NCBI GenBank assembly: GCA_013239625.1
Contig: MU053376.1
Coordinates: 148,833-212,832, forward strand
Direction of reading: 5' to 3'
Length of the DNA: 64,000 nt
From: Lama guanicoe
Taxonomy: Eukaryota
The translations under genes and the position numbers were made by a program. A model generated the notes under the pieces. That model saw only the letters and a program-made list of their open reading frames with translations, was not told the DNA's origin and did no database searches. Below, in pieces: positions 1 through 12,486 of the stretch; position 1 is the stretch's first letter; each line of letters starts with the position of its first letter.

Positions 1-2465
1 GGAAGAAATGCCCATCTTTCATCAGCCTGGCCAAGGTGGGGAGGGAAGCAGGCCAGCCTAGGGCAGCCCCTTCCTCTGCGGCAGGGAGTTGACGCTGGCG
101 GCTGGGAGCCAAGGACGCAAAACAAACCCGTGTTCTATTTTCAAGTTTTCTGGTGGACGTTATCCAAGGTCCCGGGAGCGAAGGAGGGGGTGGTGGAGAG
201 AGGCGAGAGCAGAGCTTGGGAAGGCTGCTGGGAGAGGGCGGGGGTGCATGGAGGCCTGACCGGTCAGAGAGGGAGGACCTTGGTAAGGACCCCAGCGTCT
301 GAGGGTCCTCAGCCAGCTCTCCCTGCGGGAGCCCCACCCCCACCCTGCTGCCAAGCCTCCAACATTCAAGCTTCCTTCGCCTCTGCCTGTTGCTCGAATA
401 ATAATCACTGGGAAAGACAACAAAGGCTGTTTGAAACCTTGTTACCGAGCTGTTCCAGGGATGCCACCCCCCTTGCCAGGTCCGGGGAAGGGGCCGGACA
501 TCACCCAACAGGACAGCAGAGCTCCTCCCAAAGCCCCCCCACCCCAGCCTCCCACCTCCTGATAGGTGGAGGGGCGGGTGGAGGGGCAGGTGGAGGGGCA
601 AGGGGCGTGGCGTCAACCGACTAGGTGAGGGACGAGGGCTGTGTTTTCAGAGGCTAGAGGCTCTGGGCCAGGAGGGAGTCAGTCAGGTTTTGGGCAAGGC
701 AAGACCTGAGACCCAGGGCTCCCCTTTGCAAAGGAAGATTCGAAAAGAGCCTGAAACAGAGTGTCTCCTTGAATATCAATGGGGCTGTTGTCTGGAATAG
801 CAATGAAAGTGACCCCAACGCTCAGCATTTCTTTGCTGCAAAGTCTCTGAAGGCAGAGTTGGAAGGCGGGGTTCAGGGGACCATAGGGAGGTGGCTCCTG
901 AGGCCTGCTCCCTGCCTTTCCCTCCGAGATCCACCTTCACCCCAGAAGGGTAACGGTCTCTCCTGGGAAAGTCACCAAGGAAGGGTCTACCTCCTACACT
1001 TATCCCAGGTGCTGGCTCTCCCCCAAATGTAAAGTTCTCCTTCTTATCAAACCTAAATCCATCTTCAATCTTCCTGACAATGGTAATTGTTCCCATGAGA
1101 AAATGAGTGACAGCACCAGACTCACAGAGGTGGCGGGAGCCTGGGAGTGGTGAGGACCTGCCAGTATCTGAGCTCCTCTGCACAAGACTGAGGGAGAGCT
1201 GGGAGGAGCGCTGTGGGAGAAGTCAGGACAGGGTTCCCTACCCAGCTCCGACCTCGCATCTCCAGCTGGTGCATCTATCAGCTGGAGCTTGAGAAGACCC
1301 CCACACAGGGTTGTATGTTCTGCTGACCTCCAGACACACACACAGGGCTACAACATACAGCTCCACTTGAATATCCTGGGCCCAACCAGCCAGAGAGGCA
1401 GTGCTCAGCAGCAAGGGGACGGGATACACTCAGATTCCCTCCTTCTAAGTCCCTAGAGAGGTTCCCTGCAAATAGGGCCAGTTGCACTAGCTTGAGGGTA
1501 GCAAAGAAATTTCTTGGTTTCTACTCCCTATGTGAGCTTTCCTGTTCCTCCCTGAGATTGGGAAGGCTCCTTCCCCTAAGGTGGGACAGGACACATCCCA
1601 AGGGTCTCAGGCAGACCCCTGTCCCTGGTGTCAGGGGTAAACTGCAGCTTGTCTCTGGCCTCGCTACAGTGTGAGCGCCCTGCATGTGGGCCTGGTGCTG
1701 TGGGGAGGAAGGAGGCTCCTGCCTGACATCCCTGCCCAGCATGGTCAGAGGAGAGCGTTATACCAGCTCCTCTTTGGTTCTCCCCCTTCCAGACCTCACA
1801 CTGGCACCCACAGGGCTTAAAGGTTAAGTCCAATTCCTGGGTCCTACACATCCAGGCATTTACTGGGAGGGGCTCCTGGGGGACCAGGGGTCCTTGTGAA
1901 CCTCTGGAAGGAAGCCTCAGCAGTTCCCCAAATGCGGGCTCCCATCTTGTCAGGAAGCCCAGAAAGAGCTCAGACTAGGGGGAGGGATGGCTTCTCCCCA
2001 GGCTGGTAAAGCCACACTCACCCTGGATAAGGCCCACTTTCCAGGCATGCTTGACTTCTTGGCAGGAGGGGAGGGACAGGAAACCCTGAATGCTCTGGGG
2101 ACTTGGTTGATTTCACTTCCAAGGTTCCAAGATGTTTCCAGGTCAGACTTGGGATGGGCAGAGGACTGAGGCATGGGCCAGGGAGCAGATCTCACCTGTG
2201 GTCCCACAGTCACCAAAATCCTCACTTGCCGCCCCAAGAATGCACCCTTTTAGCAGATCCCACTGTAAATCCATACAAAGCTATATAGTCCCTCTCTGCA
2301 GAGAAAGGCAGATAGACACAAACTTTTCATGCAGTTTCAGGGAGTTCACAGATCATAAGACTCTCATTTATGGACTCTACCCTATCAAGGAAGCTGGCCA
2401 AGGATTTCAAAGCCCAAGGCCTGTGGCATCATGGACATGAACAGTGCCCTGGGCACCCTCCTCAC

Positions 2466-2725
2466 CTGAAGAGCCGGGGCTCACGGATGTGCTCGGGCCC
2501 CAGGGCCATGCCCCGCATGTATTCGTAACACAGCCCGTTCTGGAAGGTGCAGTAGAGTTTGGGGGCGCAGCCGTGTGCTCGCAGCAGCTGGAAGTTCCTG
2601 ACTTCATTCTCCCGGTCCACCAGCAGCTCCGTCCGTTCTCCATACACCCGGACCAGCACACAGTCCCGCATGTCCTCCTCCACGTAGCAGGCCACCAGCT
2701 TGTTGGTGATGCCATCAGTGAAGCG
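2466..2725 (-). CDS. ETNK2: Ethanolamine kinase 2, coding exon 2 (260 bp); later exons lie beyond the window start
   Basis: cag|CGC...TTCAG|gtgag; encodes RFTDGITNKLVACYVEEDMRDCVLVRVYGERTELLVDRENEVRNFQLLRAHGCAPKLYCTFQNGLCYEY...EPRLF, matching recalled ETNK2. Confidence 0.97.
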
Positions 2726-4364
2726 CTGGCATGGGGGAGAGGGCAGTGCGGGGATGGGTGGGTCAGGGACTCTGCTCTGGCCCTGTGATGCTCCAGTTCC
2801 AGCACAGGGCGCTCATTTGAATGCTGAGCACAATCACGCAGAAACCCTATCCTTTCGCCCTCTCACTAGTAAAGAGCTCAGCACAGCTCCTAGTGCTCTC
2901 CCTTCTCCCAATGCTTGAGGTAGACCAGAGAGTTCGAGAAAAAAAATGGCAGGCACACTTCTCCTGGGTCTGCCTCTAGTGGATGGGATTTGGCAGTGGA
3001 GGAATTTCCACACAACTTGGTGGGTAGACGCCCCCTCCCCCTCTTCACTCTCCCATCAGGCCCTGAAAGAATGTGGCAGAGGAGTGCTGGGAGTCACCCA
3101 GGACAGGTACAGCCTGACCCAACCTGCCTCTCTCCACCTGCCAGGCAGAGGACTCCTTGCTGTCCCTCTTGCCCCACCCAGTGGCAGAGGTGTAGGAGGG
3201 TATTGAGGTTGGCACCCACCAGGGCTTTGGTGGTCAGAGCTCCTTAGGGCAGAAGAGACAGAGAGAGCAGAACCTGGGCTGGGACAGCTGGCTCTCTGCA
3301 TAGGGTGACAAAGAGGAAGGAACCACGTGTGAACAGAGCTGGAAGGGGCCTTAAGGGACATCTGAACCAATAAAAGATGGGGAAACTGAGGCTCAGAGAA
3401 GGGAGGGACTGGAAGATAGCATGTTAGGCCAGAGCTGGAATCAACCTCAGGCCTGCTTGATGCCGACAGTTTTACACCAAAGTAGTTTTTTATTTTGAAA
3501 ATGTTACCCACCCACCCTTCCCCCAAGAGGGGTCTGTCAGTCTCCACACTTGGCCCTGAACCTCACTTTTCCCCACCCAGAAGGCCTATTAGCATGGAGC
3601 CCCAACCACTCCAGCACAAGCTGCAGGTGTCCCACTCCAGGCACCCTCCTCCCCAGGCAGCTCCCAGAGGGGGTGGGGCAGGTGAAGACTCTTTACAGGG
3701 GAGGCAAGTCAGCTGAGGAGTCAGCCTGAGGCTTCTCAGGGGGAGGCTCTGCCCACATCTGTGTCCCTGCGAGTGCTCCCAGCAGGGTGGGAAGGTGCCG
3801 AGTGGGGTTGGGGTGTAGGGTGGCGGAGCCAGAGCCCAGACACAGTGAGGCTTTCCACACAGCGCAGGGCTAGGGGCCAGCCAAATTCCACAGGGTGGCT
3901 CCTGGGACCGACAGGTGCTCCCATGGGTTGGCAAAGGGGCAGCGATGTGTATATAAGTGTGTGTGTGTGTGTGGGGGGGTGCCCTTAAAAGTTCCTGCTT
4001 TGCAGGTTTCAGAGCCGGCTGGGTACGCGCTTCTGGGCAGCGAGGGGCATCAGCACGCGGCCACAGGGGGTGGGGCCCGCACGCGAAGCGTGCCGACAGC
4101 GGGCAGGTGGACCTCCGGCGTGCCCAAGAGCCCCAAGGGGGCGGTGCGTGTGGAGGGCCGAGAGAGGCGGGAGCCTAGCTTTGCTTAGGGACCAAAATAG
4201 ATGGAGAAAGAAATAAATACACAAACCACCATTTCAGCCCTCTCCTGCGCAGCAGCCGCGCACCCCTGGGACAGACACCCGGAAGGATGCACGGACAGAC
4301 GTCCACGCATCCCCGTTCCAGCCCCGGCGGGTCCCCGTTGCGGGCCCCGCGCCCGCTCGGCTAC

Positions 4365-4622
4365 CTTGGTCCGAACTTGCTCGGGTTTCCAATGCGGCCG
4401 CAGCTCCCGGATGAGGCGCAGGGCGCCGGGGAGGATGTCGTCCTGGTCCACGGATATGCCGAAGCACGGGACGGCGGCGGCCCTCGGGGGGCCCGGCGGC
4501 TCCCGGCAGCCCGCGCCGGCCGCCGCCTTCTCCTCCATGCCCCATGAGCACTGCGGGCAAGACGCCTGCCTCCTCAGGTAAAAGGGCGAGCACGGCAGGG
4601 GAGCCGAAGGGGGCACAGCCAT
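4365..4622 (-). CDS. ETNK2: Ethanolamine kinase 2, coding exon 1 (258 bp)
   Basis: ATG at 4622; MAVPPSAP...CPQCSWGMEEKAAA...ILPGALRLIRELRPHWKPEQVRTK followed by GT donor; phase 0 joins exon 2 in frame. Confidence 0.96.
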
Positions 4623-4943
4623 TCCCTGCAGCCCCACCCCCTCGGAGCCGCGGCGCGGACGCTAGCCGCCGCGGGGGGGCCCGGCGCGGGAGTGGGAGTG
4701 GTAGAGGAGGGGCCAGGGGAAGTCCATGACTCAGGAGCCGGCGGCCCGCTTCAGTCGCCGCCTCGCAGCCGGGCCCCCGAAGCCGAGCCGGGAACGCCGC
4801 GGCTGGCCGCGATTGTGACATCATGGGCGGCGGGCCGCGGGGCTGGGGCCGCGGGAGCGCCCCCTCTCCGCCCCCGCCCCGGCCCCGCGGGCCGCGGGGG
4901 AGCGCCGCCCGCCGCTCGGGGCTGCCGCGGCCGCCGCTACCTG

Positions 4944-5101
4944 NNNNNNNNNNNNNNNNNNNNNNNNNNNNNNNNNNNNNNNNNNNNNNNNNNNNNNNNN
5001 NNNNNNNNNNNNNNNNNNNNNNNNNNNNNNNNNNNNNNNNNNNNNNNNNNNNNNNNNNNNNNNNNNNNNNNNNNNNNNNNNNNNNNNNNNNNNNNNNNNN
5101 N
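4944..5101. other. Assembly gap (158 N) inside the CpG island
   Basis: Run of n characters. Confidence 1.
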
Positions 5102-5614
5102 GGGGCGGGGGGCGGGGCCGCCCCGACCCGGGGGCCTGGCCCTTCTGCCCCTTCTGCCCCAGGCTCGCTGCCCCGCTTCCGAGGCGGCGAGGTGGCCTCC
5201 TCCCTCCCACCTCGCCTCGGGCCGCTCCCCTTGTGTAGTCGGAGGCGGGGCCGTGGCAAGGCTCTTCCTGCGCCCCCACTCCATCCTGGAGTATGGAGAT
5301 GCGGCTGCTTCCAAGAGGTCAACTTGGGCGGGACCACCTGTGCCCCAGCTTCCTGCCCCCACCCCAGTCCCTAGACTCCTGGAAGAGGTCCTGCGGGAGG
5401 GGGCAGACCCTGCTGCATCTCAAAGACCTTTTTCGATGGAGAGGAGACCATGGGGGCTACATTTGGGAGTGGATGAGCCAATAGGGACTTCCCTACTCAC
5501 CAGCCCACGTGGGAGAGCCCTCACTGCACCACCCAGAAAAGTGTCTATTTCTCCACGTTGTCCCTTTCAGGAACCTCTCAGTCACAAGGCCCTATCATGA
5601 TTGCTGTCCAGAAC

Positions 5615-5785
5615 CCAGCTCTGCCCAGGGGAACTTCTGCGGTGATGGAAATGTTCTGTTATCTGTACTGTCCATTGCAGTGGCCACATGTGACAATCCA
5701 GCACTTGAAATGTTGCTAGTATGACATTTAATTTAATTGTACGTTTAATGTAAATAGCCATCTATGGCTGTCCTACTGAACAGGG
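5615..5785. mobile_element. MER3-like hAT-Charlie non-autonomous DNA transposon
   Basis: aacttctgcggtgatggaaatgttct...gccacatgtg...agcacttgaaatgt...tttaatttaatt...aaatagcca resembles recalled MER3 consensus. Confidence 0.7.
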
Positions 5786-6852
5786 TAGGAGACGATGGGC
5801 GGGAGGTGCTGCCTCCCTAAGGCATGTCAAACTGGGAAGGACACTGATTCCAACTCTTCTTTTTTGCAAGGAGGAAATAGAGTCAAGCTAGCAAGCAAAC
5901 TCAGAACTGTGCCCTTGGCTCTGCACAGGGTTGCTGCAGATGCGGGAATGCAACCCTAGAGGGACTCTGGGGTCCCATATAATCCCAAGGGGCTGTGATT
6001 CTAGACGTATAAGGTTCTCTGGGGCCTGGGTGGGCTACTCAGTACCTCACCCTTTTTGGTGAAAAGAGGCGTGAGCAGTTATCATGAAGAGGGACGACCT
6101 CAGTGACTGCAGGTGGATGCCACCTCGCATTCCCCAAGCTGCACATCCCCTGCAGACAGACCAAGGGCTGGGAGGGGGAGAAGACTTCAGCATGCTGAGT
6201 CCCAAGTTGGTGAGATGGAGGACAGCAGTACATGCATCTGTGTGCTTGCGCACCTGGCCCCACGCCAGGATGAAGATACACCTGTATGTGGTAAGAAGGA
6301 ATGCCCCCAGGACCTGAGCCAGACTGGCAGCATTCCAGTCTTGATTTTTCACACTTCACTGAGCAGTCTTGGCCAAAGCTTTCATTCCCTGAGCCTCAGT
6401 TTCTCCACATGTAAAAAGGGAGTATCAGTCCGATCTCTGGTGTTCTCCGTTTTTAGGTGTTAGTGCCTTAGATTGCATGTCTCACTGGCTGTGTGGGAGT
6501 GGGGGTGGGGCGGTGGTTTGCAGTGCCTGAGTGCAGAGCCTGAACTTGAGGCTGGCCTCCATGAGCTGGGAGCATCTTCCCGGCCCACAGTCCACTGCCA
6601 CAGTAGTAGCCCTGGTCCTCAAGGGGCTGGCTCTCTGCAAACTTCCCACCCAGGTTGTATAAACAAGTCCACTTGAGCCCTGCTGACGTCGGACGGATGA
6701 CATCAGCCCTGCACGCAGGGACCTGTGCATGTGAGGGAATGTATAGTTTATCATTCTGTCACATTCTTGTCTGCACATGATCGCACGGCTATGCCTCCCA
6801 CTGTTTCAAACCCTAGTGAACCCAGGTGCAACGGGGTTGTGAATATGAAGTC

Positions 6853-6858
6853 TTTATT
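6853..6858 (-). terminator. REN: REN polyadenylation signal AATAAA
   Basis: TTTATT on plus strand about 175 nt after the stop codon; context AATAAAgacttcat. Confidence 0.85.
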
Positions 6859-7033
6859 CTGTTTGTTCTCAAAGCAGGGAAGAGCCAGTGCTAGGGGCAG
6901 GGCACACATCCAGGAAAAGCTCCATGCACCGTGCCCCTGAGTGAAGGCACAAAGACAGGCGAGTGGGCGGCACCCAGAGTGCTCTAGCTCTGGGCTAGGG
7001 CTGAGGGCAGGGCCTGCCAGGCAGCAGAGGGCC

Positions 7034-7195
7034 TCAGCGTGCCAGAGCAAAGCCAATGCGATTGTTACGCCGATCAAATTCTGTGTAGAACTTGCGGATG
7101 AAGGTGGCACCCAGGACCCAGACTGGCCCAGTGGGTGGAGGGACGTCCAGACCGTGGAGGGCCAGTGTGCAAAGATTATCATCATTGTATGGGTC
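7034..7195 (-). CDS. REN: Renin exon 10 (last coding, 162 bp including TGA)
   Basis: tag|[56 protein letters not shown]; renin-specific PPPTGP loop. Confidence 0.97.
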   Translation of the reverse strand, partial: DPYNDDNLCTLALHGLDVPPPTGPVWVLGATFIRKFYTEFDRRNNRIGFALAR

Positions 7196-7528
7196 CTAGC
7201 AGGAAGCAAGAGAGGTTCCCCACTGCCCAATACATAACCACCTCGCCTGACCCCCCACAGCCGTCCCATGCCCCATCCACAGTGGGCCCCCATTGCATCC
7301 TGACCCCTTCAACCATTATGCATCGCACCCCTCCTGGATGCAGGATCGAAGCTGGATGCTGGGCTAACAATGCATCAGACACAGTGCTGCCTTCAGGAGC
7401 TTACAGTCTGGCAGAGCTTCTGATCCTAGACAAGGTATTTAACGCCTCTAAACCCACTGAGGATAACAAGTGGATGAGAACGTACGAGCGCAGCATTTGA
7501 TGAGAAAACGAAGATCAGGAGATGAGCA

Positions 7529-7695
7529 CAGTGATCCCCGAATTTGCTGCACGTTGGAATCACCTGGCGAGTCTTGAAAACCCCGATGCCCAGTTGCTAT
7601 CCACAGAGATTCAGTAAGTATGGGACATGGCTTGTTACTGGGAGTTCTAAAAGCTCCCAGATGACTCTAATAGCAACCTAGTTTGAGAACCACTG
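7529..7695. mobile_element. MER5A-like hAT-Charlie element in REN intron 9
   Basis: cagtgatcccc...ttggaatcacctgg...aaaagctcccagatgactctaat...tttgagaaccactg termini. Confidence 0.8.
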
Positions 7696-7787
7696 GTCTA
7701 GCATGTAATCTGTGCATAATGTCTCATCTCTTTTTGAGGACCCCTGCCACCCTTTCCCTGTCACCTAGGGGCAGACTGGAGACTCAC

Positions 7788-7886
7788 CTGCAATACGTAG
7801 TCCGCACTGGTAAGTGTGTAGGCTCTGCCTCCGAGGTGGAAGGAGATGTCGGGAAGTGTGGGCACTTGGTTACAGTTCACGACATA
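7788..7886 (-). CDS. REN: Renin exon 9 (99 bp)
   Basis: cag|TAT...CAG|gtgag; [33 protein letters not shown]. Confidence 0.97.
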
Positions 7887-8178
7887 CTGGCATCAGGGAG
7901 GGCAAAGGGAGCCCATCTGAGTGTGGGAGGTCCCCAAGCAGACACATCCCTCTGCTTGTGGTCTGGTCCCTCCACTGGAGAGGGCTGGGCACAGTCCCCA
8001 AGTCCCAATCCCCTACTACTAGAGACCAAGCCACACATGGGAAGGGTATGAGAGGCAGGGGAGGGAGGCCTGGAACAGTCTTGTTTGGGACCTAATGTTT
8101 CCTGGAGTGATTTGGGGGCCTGGACCAGGTGCTGCTCCCCCCATCCTTGGTACCCTCCCTCCCTCCCTATCTCCTTAC

Positions 8179-8323
8179 TTCATCCGTGCTCAGCTCCTTG
8201 GCCCCCAGTGTCTCCATGAGCAGCCTCATGGAGCTGGTGGGACCCGAGATGTAGGATGCACCGGTATCCACCACCACCATGCAGCCCTCCTCACAGAGCA
8301 AGGTGGCCGACCTCACAGACACC
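8179..8323 (-). CDS. REN: Renin exon 8 (145 bp), second catalytic DTG motif
   Basis: cag|G...GAA|gtaag; [48 protein letters not shown]. Confidence 0.97.
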
Positions 8324-8728
8324 CTGGAGGAGGCCACAGTCAGACAGACAGATGGACAGGAGGCTGATGGGGCATCACCAGGCTGCATAGCTTTCCTGAG
8401 TGACAGCAAGTGATGAGAGGCCATGCTTGTGGTCCAGTGGTGCAGTGAAGGATGGGTAATGCGTGAGCTGAAGGAGGAAAGGTGCTGCCCCCTCCATCAG
8501 CACATGGCTTAGTGGCACTCCACTTTCTCTCAGAAGGCCCCCTCCCCTCTGGCCATCTATCTCAGTGTCCCCCATCCCTGGACAAAGCAGGCAGAGAGCA
8601 AATGTCGGCTGAGCCTTAAGAATCAGCTGCATTAGAAGAGAGGGCAGGACGGTAACCCTCCCTTTTCTGACCCCACCCCCAGCAGCAGCAGCATTTCTGG
8701 AGAGAGCAGAGGGGTGGGGATTCCTGAC

Positions 8729-8848
8729 CCTTTCATTTTGATCTGCCAGGAGCCAGTCTTGCTGATGCTCACATAGTGGAAATTCTCCTGGTAATACTGG
8801 GGGTCGCTCCCTCCCAGCACAATCTCTCCCCCCAGCAAGTGGGAATTC
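8729..8848 (-). CDS. REN: Renin exon 7 (120 bp)
   Basis: tag|G...GG|gtcag; NSHLLGGEIVLGGSDPQYYQENFHYVSISKTGSWQIKMK. Confidence 0.96.
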
Positions 8849-9385
8849 CTAAAGGGAAGATCAGAGGCTCTTGGAGATGCACAACCTTAGAGACTCAGTA
8901 GCCCCAACAGCAAGGGAAGTTGGGCGTGGGTGCCCAGTGCCGGATGCCGGCTCGGGCAGGGGAAGGCGGGGTGGTGGGCAAGGCGGGGAAGCTGCAGGGC
9001 CTACTGCTTCTGCACTCCCCAAGCCCACCCAGAGGTGGTTCCAGGATAGTCCAGCTGCACCCAAAAAAGCATCCCCAGAGAGGTAACAGAAAAGGAACAG
9101 GCACAGGGCAGGGAATAGAATGCAAATAGGATGCAAATCGGCCCCGCCCTCCCTTGGGTTTGATAGCTGTGGGCTGAGCAGGTGCACAGGACAGGGGATG
9201 GGCCTCTGGGAGCTGTCGGGTGGGGGTGGGCAGGGGCCTGAGGCGCAGGGGGAGGAGGGGAGGAGAACCGCGGCCTCCAGCGGAGCCTGGGCCTGCCGAG
9301 GTGAGTTTTGGGCAGGTGGCATGTGTGATTCTGGGCCAAGTGCTCTGGTGGGTCAGGGCCAAGTGGGGGGTTTCCATCTCCTTAC

Positions 9386-9394
9386 TTGGAATTT
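9386..9394 (-). CDS. REN: Renin 9-bp microexon (exon 6 / 5A), AAATTCCAA, adding N-S-K
   Basis: tctctttctctgcag|AAATTCCAA|gtaagg; strong splice sites, phase 2-2, same place as the known 9-bp human renin exon. Confidence 0.88.
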
Positions 9395-9667
9395 CTGCAG
9401 AGAAAGAGACACAGCAGGATGGAAGCCATTGTTTCAGGCGAGCCTCACTGGCCTGTTGTTTGGCAAGGTGGGTTTTATGCCCTCTCTTTACCTTGCAGGC
9501 AGTGGAATCACCAGGGGGTGAAGTCACCCCGGCGGTGAGTGGGGTGAGTGGGGGACTGGAGCCAAGGCTCCCAGTGCTTCCCAGTCTGAAGTTCATGCCC
9601 CTTGCTTTCCTTTCCTCCAGGCTGCAGGATGCCTCCCCTAGCTCAGGGCCTACCTTGGGGCTGGTTT

Positions 9668-9669
<2 letters not shown>

Positions 9670-9706
<37 letters not shown>
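9670..9706. repeat. (GT)n microsatellite in REN intron 5
   Basis: About 15 uninterrupted GT units plus a short continuation. Confidence 0.95.
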
Positions 9707-10916
9707 AAAGGGATGGGGTTTTCCAGCATTCATAGCAGGAGGCATGTGTACATGCACGTGTGTGCATGGTGTATAGTTTGCACATGTTTTTGGAGCAAGT
9801 GCCATCAATTTGCATTTTACAAATCCAGTACCTATGTGCATGTGGTAGCACGAGTTTCCTCCGCCAGTCTCCTCGGCCTCTCTCAGCCCTTCAAGATCCC
9901 CCTGGACATTCCCTCCTTCTCATCCCAGGGTAAAGGAAGAGGCAGGCCCTACCTGAACAAGGCCCGCCTTCTTCCTGTCTGCTGCACGCTCCTCCCTTCC
10001 ATGGCCTCCGGGCTTCTGTGCCCTCAGTTATCTTCTTTTTTCCCCACCCCCCACATTCTTAGTCTCTCACTTTCCACTGGCTCCTTCCTCCACCTGCAAG
10101 CATACTCAGGCATCCTCCAGCATCAAAAGACACCCACCCTTCTTTTCTCTGCTCTGTCTGCCGCTCTGCCTGCACCCCCACCTGACCCTCCCACCCCTGT
10201 CGAATTTCTCAGGGCAGCCTACACCTGCCTTTCCCTTCTGGACACCCACAGCCACCTCTTCACTGCTTGCCATCTGGCCTTGCCCGACCTCCAAAACATC
10301 CCTTCCCCTGACTGCCCCTGACAGCCAATTGGTGGCCTTTTCTCAGTCCCTCCCAGTCTCTCACCAAACCAGACACGCCTTTTCATCTTATCTACACGAT
10401 TTCTCTGGACTCTGACCCTCCCCTCTGTCCTGACTGCTACTGGCCTCGTGTTTTCACCCTTCTGATCTTCAGCTCATCCTGTCTTTCTCAACCCAGCCGC
10501 TCAGAGCAGATCACAGCTCTGCTGAACAGCTGACAGCAGCTTTCCCAAGGCTGGCTGAGCTGCACAGAAGCTCAGCCGAGAGCTGAAAGCACAAGGGTTC
10601 AGCCCCTGTTGTTGCTCACCACGTTGTCATGTTTCTTGTCTTCTCTGCCAGACTGTAAGCTCTGCGAAGGCAGGGACTCAGGCTTACACACTGTGTTAAT
10701 GGCTGTACCCCCAGAGCCTGGCACAGCGCTTGCCATATAATTGCCCAATATTTGTCGAATCAGTGAATGAGAAGATAGACAAAAGGATTCATGAATGAAT
10801 GAAGGCAGCTATCTCTGTATCTGAGGAGCCAAGGATCCTCACAGGGAGGGTCTGCTGGACACAGCAACGCCTTACTTCCCATCACCCCCATCCTGTATTC
10901 TCCTCTTGTTCGAGAG

Positions 10917-11108
10917 CAGTGACGTCTAAAAGAACTTTCTGCAAAAATGGAAATGTCATACATCTGAGCTCTCCGATGTGCTAGCCGCTAGCCACTGTGG
11001 CTGCTGAGTGCTTGAGAGGTGTCATGTGACTAAGGACTTGATGCCTCGTTTTATTTCATTTTAATTAATTCAGATTTAAGCATCGGCTTCCATATTGGAT
11101 AATGTAGC
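10917..11108. mobile_element. MER3-like hAT-Charlie element
   Basis: agaactttctgcaaaaatggaaatgt...gctagccactgtggctgctgagtgcttga...ttttatttcattttaattaatt...ccatattgga. Confidence 0.75.
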
Positions 11109-11235
11109 TTCTACATATGGATTGAATACCACCTAGTCATGAACACGTTGAAATCCTGGCCCAGAACTCTGTTCCTCCTCTCCCAGCTCCCTGCCGCCTT
11201 CCCTTCCCCCGCCTCTGCCCCGGGGCCAGGCCTAC

Positions 11236-11432
11236 CTGCTGTAGTAGACAGAGAAGACGTGCTCCTCCAGCACCCCCTGGGAGAGGATGTGGTCAAAGAC
11301 CGGGGTGACCCCTCCGACAGCCTGTGCGGGGAAGCCCATGCCCAGGACGCCATCAAACTTGGCCAGCATGAAGGGCACCAGGGGCAGCTCCGTGACCTCT
11401 CCAAATGTCTGTGTCACTGTGATTCCGCCCAC
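11236..11432 (-). CDS. REN: Renin exon 5 (197 bp)
   Basis: cag|GTG...AG|gtagg; [65 protein letters not shown]. Confidence 0.97.
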
Positions 11433-12367
11433 CTGTGGGAGGCAAGACCAGAGCAGACTAGCCCATGGTCCATCCTCTGGCCAGAGGCTGATTTAGGCTT
11501 CCACAGTGGGGGCCCCAGGGATGGACATGCCCCAGGGTGTGACAGTTTGGGGTAAGACCATTTCATCAGCCCCCCCAGGCGTATCACCTCTCCTAATACA
11601 CATCTAGGCGGTGGGTCCAGAGAGAACTGGGCTCATCCGATGGCTGGAAGGGGCAGAGGCTGAGAAGGTGGTACTGCCAAGCAGTAGTAGGAAAGATGCC
11701 AGGAGCTCCCCAATGGCCCCGCCTTCACATCGGCAGAACTGGGTTTTGGTCCCCTACCCTCATGATGGGCTAACGATTCCTTTAGCTCAGCCAGGCCTGC
11801 CCTTCATGCTCCTTTCTCCCGCATTCACAGACAAGGGGAGTAAGGACCACAGTGATTTCCTCTCAGTTCCATGCATGCCCTGCCCCCAGCTCCATCAGAG
11901 CAGGGGCTGGAGAGAGAAACCCTAGGATGGAGTGGGTGAGACATAGACCAAACAACAATGAAAACCAGGCCTGTCCTTAATCTGAAGCCTAACCTCAACT
12001 ATGACCGTAAAACCTATGTGTGACCCCGGAAGTGATGCTGACCACAATGTCCACAACAGCCCTGCCCCAGGGAGAGCTCGGTGACCTCAGGCAGGTTTCT
12101 TGCTAGAGGCTGTTGGGCTCAGGACCAGCCCTGCGTTAGATGCAGAAGCCTCCATCAATCACCCAGGCTGAGCCGGGAGCGCAGGTCTGCTCTACCCCAG
12201 GTGCTGCTGTTTTGCAGGGAAGTAGAGAGGAGGGTGCTCCTCAACTTCCCAAGCCCCAAGGTAGGCTGGCCTGCCCCATCCCTCATCATGGGCCCTAGGG
12301 TGGCAGGAGAGGTCCAGGGACTAGAAGGGCAGGAAGGGGATTGGATGAACTGGGAAGCCCCACTTAC

Positions 12368-12486
12368 AGTCACCACGTCCTGGCTCAGGAAGCCTTTGAC
12401 CTTCCCGGATCCGTAGTGGATGGTGAACTCTGTCCCATTCTCCACGTAGCTGGAGGACTCTGAGGAGTCGTAGAGGCTGTGAATCT
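12368..12486 (-). CDS. REN: Renin exon 4 (119 bp), flap region
   Basis: cag|AG...ACT|gtaag; [42 protein letters not shown] sequon. Confidence 0.97.

Larger units (their letters stand above)
4020..5330. promoter_or_regulatory. CpG island / ETNK2 promoter with GC boxes, AP-1 (TGACTCA 4727-4733) and CRE-like (TGACATCA 4816-4823) motifs
   Basis: Very GC- and CpG-dense stretch over exon 1 with multiple GGGGCGGGG boxes; boundaries approximate. Confidence 0.85.

Noticed and set aside
4234..5600. Long ORFs of 367 aa and 302 aa around the ETNK2 promoter
   Set aside because: They run through the N gap and a stop-poor CpG island; low-complexity G/P/R/A translation.
8895..10321. 318-aa and 239-aa ORFs in REN introns
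   Set aside because: Cross a GT microsatellite and C/T-rich intron sequence; no recognisable domain.
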